A stretch of DNA of 64,000 bases, from the IMG/VR virus record IMGVR_UViG_3300045256_000050, positions 62,001-126,000 of that record; one strand, written 5' to 3'. The first letter of the stretch is position 1. Every line of letters starts with the position of its first letter. A program made the position numbers and the translations under genes. The notes under the pieces are model-generated. The model had not been told where the DNA came from. It saw nothing but the letters and a program-made list of their open reading frames with translations, and searched no databases. Below, piece after piece: positions 38,389-47,363 of this stretch.

Positions 38389-38410
38389 ATCATTCGAGAG
38401 GGGAAACGTT

Positions 38411-41005
38411 ATGCTATTGAGTTTTGACGATTTCCGAAAGACTCGGCGGCAATCCGCCATTGCCGAGTCTTCGGTACTGGAAGCAATCGACCACATGTTC
38501 GACCAGTTCAAGGTCGATCTGTCCGAGTCCGCACGGCTCAACGTCGTTCTTACTGAACACTACGACCCGCTGGCACATTTCGTAATGGAATCGGTTCTGC
38601 GGGAAGACGAGCGTCAAAACAAAATCTTCCTCGAAGCCTACATCGACTACTGCAAAAAGAACTTCCATAACTACATTATCGAGGCGACCAGCACGGGCGG
38701 GGCGTTCGACGCAACTGCGTTGAAGAAGAACCTCGTCAATGCACTGAACCAATTCTCCAAGCAGGTTAAGGTTCAGATCGCCAAGATCATCAATACATCT
38801 CGTACATCAGCCGATCCGTCAGCGGATTCGTCTTTAAGTCCTCCTCCTCATTCTCACAGCGGAGACGAGGGCGGGTCGGCTGGTATTACACCCCCAGGTC
38901 CGAGTGGTATGCCGAAACCGGCAACCGCCGCTGGGTTGGCGGGGGCAGGGTTCAAACCTGCCGGTTCCGCCTCGACTCCACCGTCTGCCCCGGCACCGGG
39001 TTCTGAAGAAGAAGCCCCGACATCCGCAGCCGCACCGGCACCCAAGAAGGGAGGCTGGCCGTGGCGGCGTTTCGATACGTCTAAGGGCAACCTCCTGAGC
39101 CGTGGCCTGAAGGGCGTGGCGAACCTCGTTCGCACCCCGCTCCATTGGGCTGCTAACAAAATCCGTAGTGCGTGGAGAGGCGACAGCCTGCCCGAAAACG
39201 TCGTCAATGCGATGGCCCTCCTGTTGGAAGAGGCCGCTAACGAGCAGCTTGAGAAGCTGATGAAGGACGTTGACGAGTTGACGGCAACTCTTGAGAAATA
39301 CATCAGCGACCAGATCGACAAGTACGCTGCGGCCCTCGGTGCGATGCCGAAGCCGACCGGCCCGACTGGCACGCCTGAAGTGACCCCGACCGGCCCGGCC
39401 GGTGCCGCTGATGCGGTCAAGCCGGAAGCTCCGGCCGAGAAGGCATTGCCGCCTGAGAAAGTTGCAGCCGCTACGGGCGTTGACCCCGAAGCTGCTAAGG
39501 CTGGTGCGGCTGAAGGTGCAGACCCGCTCGCAGAACGGGTGAAGTTCCTGAAGTCCATCCTCGGCGGGCATCGGTTGAACAACTCGTTCCTGAAGGCTCT
39601 CCAGGCCGCACTGACGAGCGTGGACAGCGGGGCCGCTATCCGTGCCCGGCCGATGATTAAGAAACTGATCGCTGGCATCGCCAGCGACACTCCGAACGAC
39701 GACTGGAGTCGGTTCGGCGGCACCGCTAAGAAGTGGCGTAGTCGGGCCATCCCGGCTATGGATATTCTGAAGCAGGCCGTGTACAACGCCATGCAGAAGA
39801 AGAACGCCGGTCAGCCGGTTGACCTGTCCGACGAGATCATCGACCTGATGCGTAACGAGGACAAGCGGGCGAAGGTAGACATGGCTGGCATCTTTGACAA
39901 GATCAAGGGTAAGGCCGCTGCCGCTACCGGCACCACGCCTCCGGCCGCAAGCACGCCGCCGCCTGCTGGCTCTAAGCCAGCAGCAGGTTCGCCGCTCCCG
40001 AAGCCGCCGCTTCCGGGTACGGCACCGATGGATACCCGTAAGCCGGGTCAGCCGCCAGCCCCGGTTAGCGGCACGGCCCCAGGGGCGGGTGCGTCGAAGA
40101 TTAAGGGCGATGCCAACACCGACGTGACTGGCAGCGGTACACAAACCGTCAACGTGAACGGCAAAGAAGTTGATCCGACGACTGCTGTGAAGGCGGTGGT
40201 GGCAAGCGTCACGAACGCCAAGCCGGGTTCGCCGCTCGAAGTCTTCGCCGACATGGACGAGAACGACGACTTCTTCACCAAGTACCTGCCGCCGCTCGCA
40301 CAGCGGGCCGTCAGCCTGTCCTTGTTGAAGAACGACCCGTTGACGCCGGACAAGATCGTTGAACTGGTGAAGGCGGCTGTTCGCAACACGAAGGACAAGG
40401 TTCCGTTCCCACCGGAAGTGCTGGCGTTCGCCGGGGTTGATGCAACTCCGTCGTCCACGCCTCCGGCAAAGCGTCCGGGGTCTGAAGCCCCGACCGCTGC
40501 TCCCGAGGCTGGCAAGGTTGCTCCTGAAGCCAAGCCGGAAGCCGGTAAGCCAGAAGCACCGAAGGTTGCTCCTGAAGCCAAGCCGGAAGCCGGTAAGCCA
40601 GAAGCCCCGAAGGCTGGCGGCATGAAGATGTCGGAAGACCCGAATGCCCAGAAGGCGTTGGAAGCGTACCTCGCTGCTAAGAACCCGAAGGCTGCGGGCA
40701 ACGCACACTACCCGGTTTCGATCCGGCTGACGGCCATCCGTAACGCTATGGCGAAGGACGGCCTGGGTTCGATTGAAGAACTGGAAGGCATGTCGCCGGA
40801 ACAACTGGCACTCAAGATTAAGGGTGCGGAAGTCGGCGTAGAGAAGCCGACCGAAGCCCCGAAGGAAACTCCGAAGGAGGCTCCAAAGGAAGCCCCGAAG
40901 CCAGAGGCTAAGAAGGGCGAGGAGAAGAAGCCGGAAGAGAAGAAGGAAGCTCCGAAGCCGGAAGAGAAGAAGAAGGACGGCGAGGGCGACGTAAAAAAAA
41001 AGTAA
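38411..41005 (+). CDS. Large Pro/Ala/Lys-rich low-complexity protein, putative internal head protein (864 aa)
   Basis: N-terminus MLLSFDDF; TATATAA 29 nt upstream; capsid-like codon usage. Confidence 0.8.
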   Translation: MLLSFDDFRKTRRQSAIAESSVLEAIDHMFDQFKVDLSESARLNVVLTEHYDPLAHFVMESVLREDERQNKIFLEAYIDYCKKNFHNYIIEATSTGGAFDATALKKNLVNALNQFSKQVKVQIAKIINTSRTSADPSADSSLSPPPHSHSGDEGGSAGITPPGPSGMPKPATAAGLAGAGFKPAGSASTPPSAPAPGSEEEAPTSAAAPAPKKGGWPWRRFDTSKGNLLSRGLKGVANLVRTPLHWAANKIRSAWRGDSLPENVVNAMALLLEEAANEQLEKLMKDVDELTATLEKYISDQIDKYAAALGAMPKPTGPTGTPEVTPTGPAGAADAVKPEAPAEKALPPEKVAAATGVDPEAAKAGAAEGADPLAERVKFLKSILGGHRLNNSFLKALQAALTSVDSGAAIRARPMIKKLIAGIASDTPNDDWSRFGGTAKKWRSRAIPAMDILKQAVYNAMQKKNAGQPVDLSDEIIDLMRNEDKRAKVDMAGIFDKIKGKAAAATGTTPPAASTPPPAGSKPAAGSPLPKPPLPGTAPMDTRKPGQPPAPVSGTAPGAGASKIKGDANTDVTGSGTQTVNVNGKEVDPTTAVKAVVASVTNAKPGSPLEVFADMDENDDFFTKYLPPLAQRAVSLSLLKNDPLTPDKIVELVKAAVRNTKDKVPFPPEVLAFAGVDATPSSTPPAKRPGSEAPTAAPEAGKVAPEAKPEAGKPEAPKVAPEAKPEAGKPEAPKAGGMKMSEDPNAQKALEAYLAAKNPKAAGNAHYPVSIRLTAIRNAMAKDGLGSIEELEGMSPEQLALKIKGAEVGVEKPTEAPKETPKEAPKEAPKPEAKKGEEKKPEEKKEAPKPEEKKKDGEGDVKKK
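40514..40612 (+). repeat. 48-bp tandem duplication (KVAPEAKPEAGKPEAP x2)
   Basis: AAGGTTGCTCCTGAAGCCAAGCCGGAAGCCGGTAAGCCAGAAGC at 40514 and 40562. Confidence 0.95.
40982..41005 (+). other. Candidate -1 programmed frameshift / slippage site (A9 run, A_AAA_AAG)
   Basis: Codons GTA AAA AAA AAG TAA; GAGGG 9 nt upstream of the heptamer; -1 frame open to 41280. Confidence 0.6.
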
Positions 41006-41280
41006 TTGACGCCGGAGACGAGTATGTCGCCCCCGACAGCGTGGACGCAGTGATCGATAACGTGAGCGACGAAGACTTGCTCGGCAAGGTCGATGTGGTG
41101 CTGGGTAGCCGCTGGGGCGAAAAGTTCAGAGACTACCTGCAAGACATGCTCGACCAGGAGATGACGGGCACGCCCGACAAACTGGTCAGACGTGCCCTGG
41201 CTAAAGTCTCTGCGGCTCGGAAGGCGAAGAAGAATCGGTTCGCCGACGATCACGACGACGACGCCTGGGGTGAAGACTAA
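41002..41280 (+). CDS. -1 frame extension (about 92 aa) of the 38411 gene, or a separate small ORF from GTG 41041
   Basis: Open frame VIDAGDEYVAPDSVDAVIDNVSDEDLL...WGED; no SD near GTG 41041. Confidence 0.6.
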   Translation, partial: VIDAGDEYVAPDSVDAVIDNVSDEDLLGKVDVVLGSRWGEKFRDYLQDMLDQEMTGTPDKLVRRALAKVSAARKAKKNRFADDHDDDAWGED

Positions 41281-41738
41281 CGCTTCTTGTTGTCGAAGCC
41301 TTCTTTCGATTGCTTCGCCAACTGCGTCAGACGCCGAATATCAACGAACGCCGCCTCTTGCTGGGGCGGCGTTTCTTCTTTTACGGCCGGGGGCGTGGCG
41401 GTGGTCGGGGCAAGGTGCGGACTCACGTCGCTGACGACCTTCTTGCCGGACTTCTTCTCGTACTCCTCGATCATCTTTCGGTGTTCGGGGTTGTTCACCG
41501 GGTCCAGCACGATCTCCTCTTGGATGCTGATGACGCTCTGCATCGGGAAGAAGGCGACGGTCCCGTTGTAGGGGTGCGTCCCCCAGATGCACTCACGGCC
41601 GATTTCCTGAACTTCCACAACGAAGTGTTCTCGGGCGAACGTCTCGTTGAACTCACGGTTGATGGGGCTGGTCAGGATGGTGCAGACCTTGCCCTTGAAG
41701 TATTGCAGCCTCTCGACTGTCTTGGCGGTGATTTCCAT
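41277..41738 (-). CDS. Hypothetical protein
   Basis: 153-aa ORF with GAGG SD. Confidence 0.75.
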   Translation of the reverse strand: MEITAKTVERLQYFKGKVCTILTSPINREFNETFAREHFVVEVQEIGRECIWGTHPYNGTVAFFPMQSVISIQEEIVLDPVNNPEHRKMIEEYEKKSGKKVVSDVSPHLAPTTATPPAVKEETPPQQEAAFVDIRRLTQLAKQSKEGFDNKKR

Positions 41739-41770
41739 ATGATCCTCAATTCGGGTTGATATATAAGAGC

Positions 41771-41998
41771 ATGCCAGCTAAAAGTAAATCCCAACAACGG
41801 TTCTTCGGCATGGTACACAAGTGCCAGAAGACCGGCAATTGCGCCAGCCCCGAAGTCAAGAAAGTTGCGGGGGACATCAGCTACGACGATGCGGACGACT
41901 TCGCCTCGACCAAGCACAAGGGCTTGCCCGAAAAGAAAGAAGAGGGCTACAAAGGCCCGTTTAGCCGGTGGCTAGAAGCTAAGCTCGCTTCATCCTAA
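41771..41998 (+). CDS. DUF3008-like small basic protein
   Basis: MPAKSKSQQ...FASTKHKGLPEKK. Confidence 0.7.
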   Translation: MPAKSKSQQRFFGMVHKCQKTGNCASPEVKKVAGDISYDDADDFASTKHKGLPEKKEEGYKGPFSRWLEAKLASS

Positions 41999-43028
41999 GC
42001 ATCTCTTCGGTCCACATGTTGAAAGGCATCTCGAACTTCTCGATGTATGCCTTGACGACGGCATCGCCCTTTTTCTGGTAGAGTTCGTTCCAGTCCTTGT
42101 ACCCCTTCGGGGGTCGGACGTAATGGACTTCAGTGAAACCGGCAGCCAGCAGCTTGTTTCCGTTCTCGATGGTGGCCTCGAACCCCGTGTCCTTCCGTTT
42201 CCCTTCGTCGTTGTCGTAGGCCAAGACCGGGATGTAACCCCGGAGCATGTTGATCTGGGCGTCGGTGATCGACTTGCCGCCCTGCCCGCACCCGTTCAGC
42301 CCGCACAGGTCTAGCACGATGGCGTCGAACTCGCCCTCGGTGATGTAGAGCTTCTTCCCTTTTCTCGGCCACTGACGACAGAACAGGACGTTTTCCTGTG
42401 ACAGATTCGGGTCGTCGGGCTTCATGTATTTCAGCCCGCCCTCTTTCACGTTCCGGGCGTTCCAGTAGATCAATCGGCCTTGCTGGTCGAAGTACGGGAT
42501 AACGATCCGGTTGCGGTAATCCCCGTCCGTGCAGTAGTACAGCCCGTCGCTCGGCAGGTTCCGGGAGCGGAGGTAGTTGCAGGCGATTCGCTTGTTACGA
42601 CTCAGTGAGGGCATGTCGTCGATCTTGTAGGTGTCCGGCGGGAACTCGATCCCGGCGTTCACCGGCTCGTCGGGGGCCGGGGCCACTTCGTCCATCGGGC
42701 TGTTGAAGAAGGCATGGACACGGGCTTCGAGTGCCCTCAGTGAAGGGATGTTGCAGATCGTCTCTTCGGCTTCCTCGAAGGTGCATTTATCGACGTAGGC
42801 GACGAGGGAGACGAGACTTCCGGCCTTGTGGGTCTTCCAGCAGCGGTAGGAGCCACGCTCGCCGTGCTTCGACTTGCCGCCGCTGGGGTTCATCCACAAG
42901 TGGAACTTGTGGTCGTCGTTGACGAACACGGAGTTCACTTTGATTTCGTCGCCGTGGACACGCACGTTTTCAACGCCAAAGCGTTCTTGTGCCCACTTCA
43001 GGAATGTTTCGTAATCGACGTTGCTCAT
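41979..43028 (-). CDS. DNA primase (DnaG/Toprim type)
   Basis: RNRIVIPYFD, LYITEGEFDA, VLAYDNDEG and KDWNE motifs; N-terminal Zn-binding-like HLWMN...YRCWK. Confidence 0.9.
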   Translation of the reverse strand: MSNVDYETFLKWAQERFGVENVRVHGDEIKVNSVFVNDDHKFHLWMNPSGGKSKHGERGSYRCWKTHKAGSLVSLVAYVDKCTFEEAEETICNIPSLRALEARVHAFFNSPMDEVAPAPDEPVNAGIEFPPDTYKIDDMPSLSRNKRIACNYLRSRNLPSDGLYYCTDGDYRNRIVIPYFDQQGRLIYWNARNVKEGGLKYMKPDDPNLSQENVLFCRQWPRKGKKLYITEGEFDAIVLDLCGLNGCGQGGKSITDAQINMLRGYIPVLAYDNDEGKRKDTGFEATIENGNKLLAAGFTEVHYVRPPKGYKDWNELYQKKGDAVVKAYIEKFEMPFNMWTEEMLRMKRA

Positions 43029-43102
43029 TAGTGAATCTCGTCTGGACTTACGCCCTGCAAATAGCTATATTACTTTAGTCTCTAACAGGAAACAAGTGCA
43101 GG

Positions 43103-43945
43103 ATGCTTATCGAACACATTTCCATTAGCCGGTCGAAAAGCTGGAAACAGTGCGACTGGTACTATAAACTCAAGTACCACGAGAAAATCCCCAACCCTGG
43201 GCCGGAGCAGTGGTACTTCACCTATGGTAAGATCGTCCACAAGTGCGCCGAACTTTACGTCCAGTCGAAGGGCGAGCGGGCGATGGGCGAGATCATGACC
43301 GACGTGACCCGAGGGAAGGTCGAGCTAGAGCCGGGCAAGAAAGCCCCTCCCCGCCACCCCGATTATACCACAAGACTGCCCACCCAATTGCGGAACATCC
43401 AGAAGATTTCGCACCAAATGGGGTTCGACGGGCACTGCGAGTACAAGTTCACCTACGACCTGGACCCGCCGCACAACCGGAACATCCTGGGGTTCATCGA
43501 CCGGATTATCATCCGGGACGACAAGGCGTGGATTCTCGACTACAAGACGACCAAGAAGGGGCCGTACCGGGAGACTCGGGAAACCATCGTGCGTGACCCG
43601 CAGCTTCGGATGTACGCCCGTGTCGTTAACAAAGACTTCGGGATCGCCCCGGAGAACATCAAGTGCGCCCTGTACTACGTTGACGGCGGCGACCTTGTGG
43701 GATCGACCTACAGCGAGGAGTCCATCCTGGCGATTGAGCAGGAGCTTCTGCAAGTCTACAAGGACATCCAGAACAAGCCGCCGGAGGCCGCTCGTGGGAA
43801 GATCGGCCCGCACTGTACCCGGTGCGAGTACAACAACATGTGTACGTTCTACCAGAACAGTGCATACGGCAAGGCGGGCGGCGTCTCGGCCTCGGAGGCG
43901 TGGGACGGCGACCTGAGCAAGCTCGGCAGAACCAACCTACTGTAA
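43103..43945 (+). CDS. PD-(D/E)XK RecB-family / Cas4-like nuclease
   Basis: GKIVH, GFIDRI, ILDYKT and QLRMYA motifs; N-terminal Cys plus C-terminal CxxC...C. Confidence 0.9.
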   Translation: MLIEHISISRSKSWKQCDWYYKLKYHEKIPNPGPEQWYFTYGKIVHKCAELYVQSKGERAMGEIMTDVTRGKVELEPGKKAPPRHPDYTTRLPTQLRNIQKISHQMGFDGHCEYKFTYDLDPPHNRNILGFIDRIIIRDDKAWILDYKTTKKGPYRETRETIVRDPQLRMYARVVNKDFGIAPENIKCALYYVDGGDLVGSTYSEESILAIEQELLQVYKDIQNKPPEAARGKIGPHCTRCEYNNMCTFYQNSAYGKAGGVSASEAWDGDLSKLGRTNLL

Positions 43946-43954
43946 AGGAATATC

Positions 43955-44203
43955 ATGAACGAAACGATTGTGTGCCCGACGTACATCCTGACCGACACGA
44001 CGCAGATTGCTTGTCACGGGATGAGCTTCCCGTCGGTCGAAGATGCGATTGCTTACGCCAAGCAGTTGCAGGAGTTGGGGCTGTGTCAAACGTTTACCGT
44101 CGGAGGTTACTCCGACGGCAAGTACGTTAACGTCTTTACTTCTTCCCCGGAGTCGGGATATAGTCCGGCGGATACTGTCCTTGCGGGTTGTTTCGGTCTT
44201 TGA
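43955..44203 (+). CDS. Small hypothetical protein
   Basis: 82-aa ORF with AAGGA SD; 3' end overlaps the convergent protease gene. Confidence 0.55.
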   Translation: MNETIVCPTYILTDTTQIACHGMSFPSVEDAIAYAKQLQELGLCQTFTVGGYSDGKYVNVFTSSPESGYSPADTVLAGCFGL

Positions 44204-45077
44204 TCGGAATACGGCGAACCGGATTCTGACCAACCTCGTTCAACCAGTCGTACCCGTTGATCTTATTCTGATTACGGACGGTTCCTAGTGGGGTGAACAG
44301 GCCGATGCCGTTGCCGGTCTTATCGGACGTACCCCAACAGATACCGACGTAATACCCGTCGTCACTCATCAGCCCGCCGCCGGACCGCCCCGGCCGTGGG
44401 CTGTTGTTCTTCGTAATCAAATCCTGGTACTGGCCCCGAGCGGCCTGCATACCGACGACCTGTACTTCGTAGTGGGCAACTTCCCGCCCGCCGTCACATC
44501 CGACCGAGTGCAACTGCGTCCCTGCGTTGAGGGTGTAGTTCTCAGGGGCAATCGGGAAGTAGTCCGGTGCGTAGTCCGGGTTGAACTTCACGAGGCTGCT
44601 GTCCCGACCACGGTCGTTGCAGTAGTACAGCACGGTGCCCTTGTAGGTCTTCGTTTGCGGAAGCTTGTTCATGTTCTGATACCAGATGATGATCTCGCAT
44701 TCCACGTTCTTCTTCTTAGCCTCCTCGCCAGACATGTTCCCGTTCCACAAGTGGCCGCAGGACTGGACGTAGGCGGTGTTATCCTTCGTGTCGTAGTAGA
44801 CGATGGTGCCTGAACCGGACGCCCCACGGACGCCGATCTTCACCGACGGTGCGAGCCACTTGCGCACGGCCTCGTCCCGCTGTTCGATGGGAGCCATGTT
44901 GCTCCCATAGATCGCAAGCGGGTGGTCCGGCACAACAGGCATGCCCTCGATCAATTGAAAGTTCCCGTAGTCACGCTGAACCACGGGCGGCTTTACTTGT
45001 TTATCTGAGACGACCACGATGGTCATGCACAGTAAACTCAGGGCGATGGACGTAATGGCAATAGCTATTTTCTTCAT
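44136..45077 (-). CDS. Trypsin-like serine protease with signal peptide
   Basis: SGSGTIV, SCGHLW (His), RDSSLV (Asp), PGRSGGGL (Ser); hydrophobic N-terminus. Confidence 0.9.
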   Translation of the reverse strand: MKKIAIAITSIALSLLCMTIVVVSDKQVKPPVVQRDYGNFQLIEGMPVVPDHPLAIYGSNMAPIEQRDEAVRKWLAPSVKIGVRGASGSGTIVYYDTKDNTAYVQSCGHLWNGNMSGEEAKKKNVECEIIIWYQNMNKLPQTKTYKGTVLYYCNDRGRDSSLVKFNPDYAPDYFPIAPENYTLNAGTQLHSVGCDGGREVAHYEVQVVGMQAARGQYQDLITKNNSPRPGRSGGGLMSDDGYYVGICWGTSDKTGNGIGLFTPLGTVRNQNKINGYDWLNEVGQNPVRRIPIKDRNNPQGQYPPDYIPTPGKK

Positions 45078-45103
45078 AGCGCCCTCCTTCTCACCGGATA
45101 GCT

Positions 45104-45643
45104 ATGACTAATAACACCCAACCTCTCACCCTCGCCGTTCATCACCTGATTCACCTGACTCGGGAGCAGCGGTACGCACTTCACGCAGGAGAACAAGTGA
45201 AAACGGTGGGCGTGAGCGTCCCGGTGTGGTTCATCGGCGAGAACTCGACCGAACCGGCCAAAGAAGTGTTCTGTAACTACTACCTGTCGAACCCGAAGGG
45301 CGACTTCCCGATTGGGATAAGAAAAGACGGCTATTCGATCCCGCTGCCGCACAAGCCCGCCCCGCCGCTACCGGAAGTAACGGACGAGGAGTGGTTCAGG
45401 ATGAACAAGGAGGAGCGGGCGGCTTACGATGAGCAGGTGAAACCGGGGTTCACGTCGGAGAACTTGCTGGACATCCCGGACGGCGGCAGCAAGTTCCTGT
45501 ACTACCGTGAACACAACAGGATCAAGCACGAAGGGCGGTGGCTGACCATCATCCACTTCGTACAGATATCGGACATGGCGGACCTGACGGAATCTCTTAC
45601 TCTACAGGACAGTCCCGAAGCTGAATCGCCAGCCGAAGAGTGA
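45104..45643 (+). CDS. Hypothetical protein
   Basis: 179-aa ORF. Confidence 0.7.
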   Translation: MTNNTQPLTLAVHHLIHLTREQRYALHAGEQVKTVGVSVPVWFIGENSTEPAKEVFCNYYLSNPKGDFPIGIRKDGYSIPLPHKPAPPLPEVTDEEWFRMNKEERAAYDEQVKPGFTSENLLDIPDGGSKFLYYREHNRIKHEGRWLTIIHFVQISDMADLTESLTLQDSPEAESPAEE

Positions 45644-46121
45644 CCGTCTCGCCGTCGTTAACGGTGATCGGCGTCTGGATCGTGGCCGTGGCGATGAGGA
45701 AGCCCGTGTTGTCCGTGCGGTCCGTCAGGAAGAGGTTCTGCACCGGCCCCCAGCTACCGCCTGCCGCCTGGAACGCCACGATGGGCGACACGGCCCGGAA
45801 GTGACTGCTGTCTTCCACTACCGTGAAGTCACCGGCCGAGCTAATCGGCTGCCTCGTATAGCCGTTCGCCGTCGGCTCTGCGATCAGGCTGTCCATCGTG
45901 TCCGAGGCCACCGGGGTCTGGCGGTTGTCCAGACCCATGTAGAAATTCTCGGGGATGATATTACTGACCCGCCCGCCGTTGAATGCGGCCCGTAGGACGA
46001 ACTCTTCGCCGTCGTTGTGGAGCAGGTTGAGGATGTTCTTCTGCTCCCAGATTACTTTACCGTCTCGAATGTGTTGGATTTCCAACACCTTCATGATGCC
46101 ACGCCAGTTTGGATTACTCAT
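45597..46121 (-). CDS. Putative tail/virion structural beta-protein
   Basis: FYMGL...EPTANGYTRQ...F.AAGGSWGPV..LFL...GFLIA pattern seen in phage tail proteins. Confidence 0.55.
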   Translation of the reverse strand: MSNPNWRGIMKVLEIQHIRDGKVIWEQKNILNLLHNDGEEFVLRAAFNGGRVSNIIPENFYMGLDNRQTPVASDTMDSLIAEPTANGYTRQPISSAGDFTVVEDSSHFRAVSPIVAFQAAGGSWGPVQNLFLTDRTDNTGFLIATATIQTPITVNDGETVTLRLAIQLRDCPVE

Positions 46122-46129
46122 GACAATAT

Positions 46130-46366
46130 ATGAGTATGCTGAGTTTCAAATCGTGGTTCTTGAAAGAAGTGGGGGACGGCGGATACGCCGAGCCGATGAA
46201 GGAACTGCCGAACCTGTTCTTTAAGGCGAATCCGGGTGAAATCAGGCCGAAAGAGTACCCGCCGAAGGGTCCGCAGACGGCGACTTCGAAGTATGTTCTG
46301 AAACAAGACCCGAACAAGAAGGCGATGCGTCCCGAGCCGAATATCGGTCTAAGTAGACAGGGCTAA
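46130..46366 (+). CDS. Small protein with SFKSWFLKE N-terminus
   Basis: 78-aa ORF. Confidence 0.6.
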   Translation: MSMLSFKSWFLKEVGDGGYAEPMKELPNLFFKANPGEIRPKEYPPKGPQTATSKYVLKQDPNKKAMRPEPNIGLSRQG

Positions 46367-46973
46367 ACGCCAACTCTCCCGCCACGCCCCGCTCGGTCAG
46401 CTTCATCATGCTCTCGGGCATGATGATCCGCTTCCAGAGCAGCCAGTGCGTCCACAGGTACTTGTCCTTCCGTGCGAAGTCCTTCGCATTCATCCGCACG
46501 AGTTCTTCTTCCAGTTCGTCCCAGGCGGCTCCCTTGCTCTCAGTGAAGGGGAGCATGTAGATTTCGTAGAACGCACGCCACAGCCAGCTTTCCTTGACGC
46601 TGCGGTGGTAGCCGCTGTTGAGCAGGTTCAGGGCGTAGTAGTGGTAGACTTCGGACTCGATGGGTCGTCGTGGTGAGTTGAGGGAGGCTTCGACGGGTTC
46701 CTCGACATACGAGATCGGGTGCATGCCATCGATCACGATGCGAGGGTCACTGAACATCGCACTGGACTTGATGACAAACTCATCGCAGGGCGGTAGGGCG
46801 GCTTTGGTGTCGGTTCGGTCGATCAGATAGCGGCGAACCAGAAGCTTCGTATTACCCTTCCGGTCGAACGTGAGAGCAACCCGCTCAGCCCCTTCGAGGA
46901 ACAGGCTGAGCGGGTATTCCACCATATCTTCGACGATGCGGTGACGGATCAGGTACTCCATGCCAAGCGTCAT
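46242..46973 (-). CDS. Hypothetical protein
   Basis: 243-aa ORF; 3' end overlaps a convergent small ORF. Confidence 0.65.
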   Translation of the reverse strand: MTLGMEYLIRHRIVEDMVEYPLSLFLEGAERVALTFDRKGNTKLLVRRYLIDRTDTKAALPPCDEFVIKSSAMFSDPRIVIDGMHPISYVEEPVEASLNSPRRPIESEVYHYYALNLLNSGYHRSVKESWLWRAFYEIYMLPFTESKGAAWDELEEELVRMNAKDFARKDKYLWTHWLLWKRIIMPESMMKLTERGVAGELAFSPVYLDRYSARDASPSCSGLVSEHTSKSPSADPSAGTLSA

Positions 46974-46976
46974 GGA

Positions 46977-47321
46977 TTACTCATCCTCTTCGTCGTCGTC
47001 CAGGTCCGAGTCGAAGTCGTCGTCATCGTCGTCATCGAGATCGGAGTCCCAATCGTCGTCGTCGTCATCATCGAAGTCATCGTCATCGTCGAAGTCGTCG
47101 TCGTCTAGGTCCGAGTCCCAATCGTCGTCATCGTCGAGATCGGAATCCCAATCGTCGTCGTCGTCCAGGTCGCTGTCGAAGTCGTCGTCATCATCGTCGT
47201 CGAGATCGGAGTCGTAGAACTCGTCATCGTCGTCGTCATCATCCACGGAGGCCGTCATGAACGACCCCTCGTGGCGGGCCAGGATTTCGTCTTCCAGGGC
47301 TTCGTTGAACAGATCGGACAT
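46977..47321 (-). CDS. Extremely acidic Asp-rich repeat protein
   Basis: GGAGG SD 7 nt before ATG 47321; six [FWY]DSDLDDD units. Confidence 0.75.
   Translation of the reverse strand: MSDLFNEALEDEILARHEGSFMTASVDDDDDDDEFYDSDLDDDDDDDFDSDLDDDDDWDSDLDDDDDWDSDLDDDDFDDDDDFDDDDDDDWDSDLDDDDDDDFDSDLDDDEEDE
46980..47240 (-). repeat. Imperfect tandem repeats encoding [FWY]DSDLD(D)n
   Basis: Recurring GAGTCCCAATCGTCGTC-like units on the + strand. Confidence 0.85.
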
Positions 47322-47363
47322 CACCGAACCTCCGTGCTTGGTTGGACCGAACTTAAGGTAGTG

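Noticed and set aside
46980-47240. Repeats as a CRISPR array (a Cas4-like gene is 3 kb away)
   Set aside because: Units are degenerate codon repeats of an Asp-rich ORF with no constant repeat plus unique spacer structure; no other cas genes.
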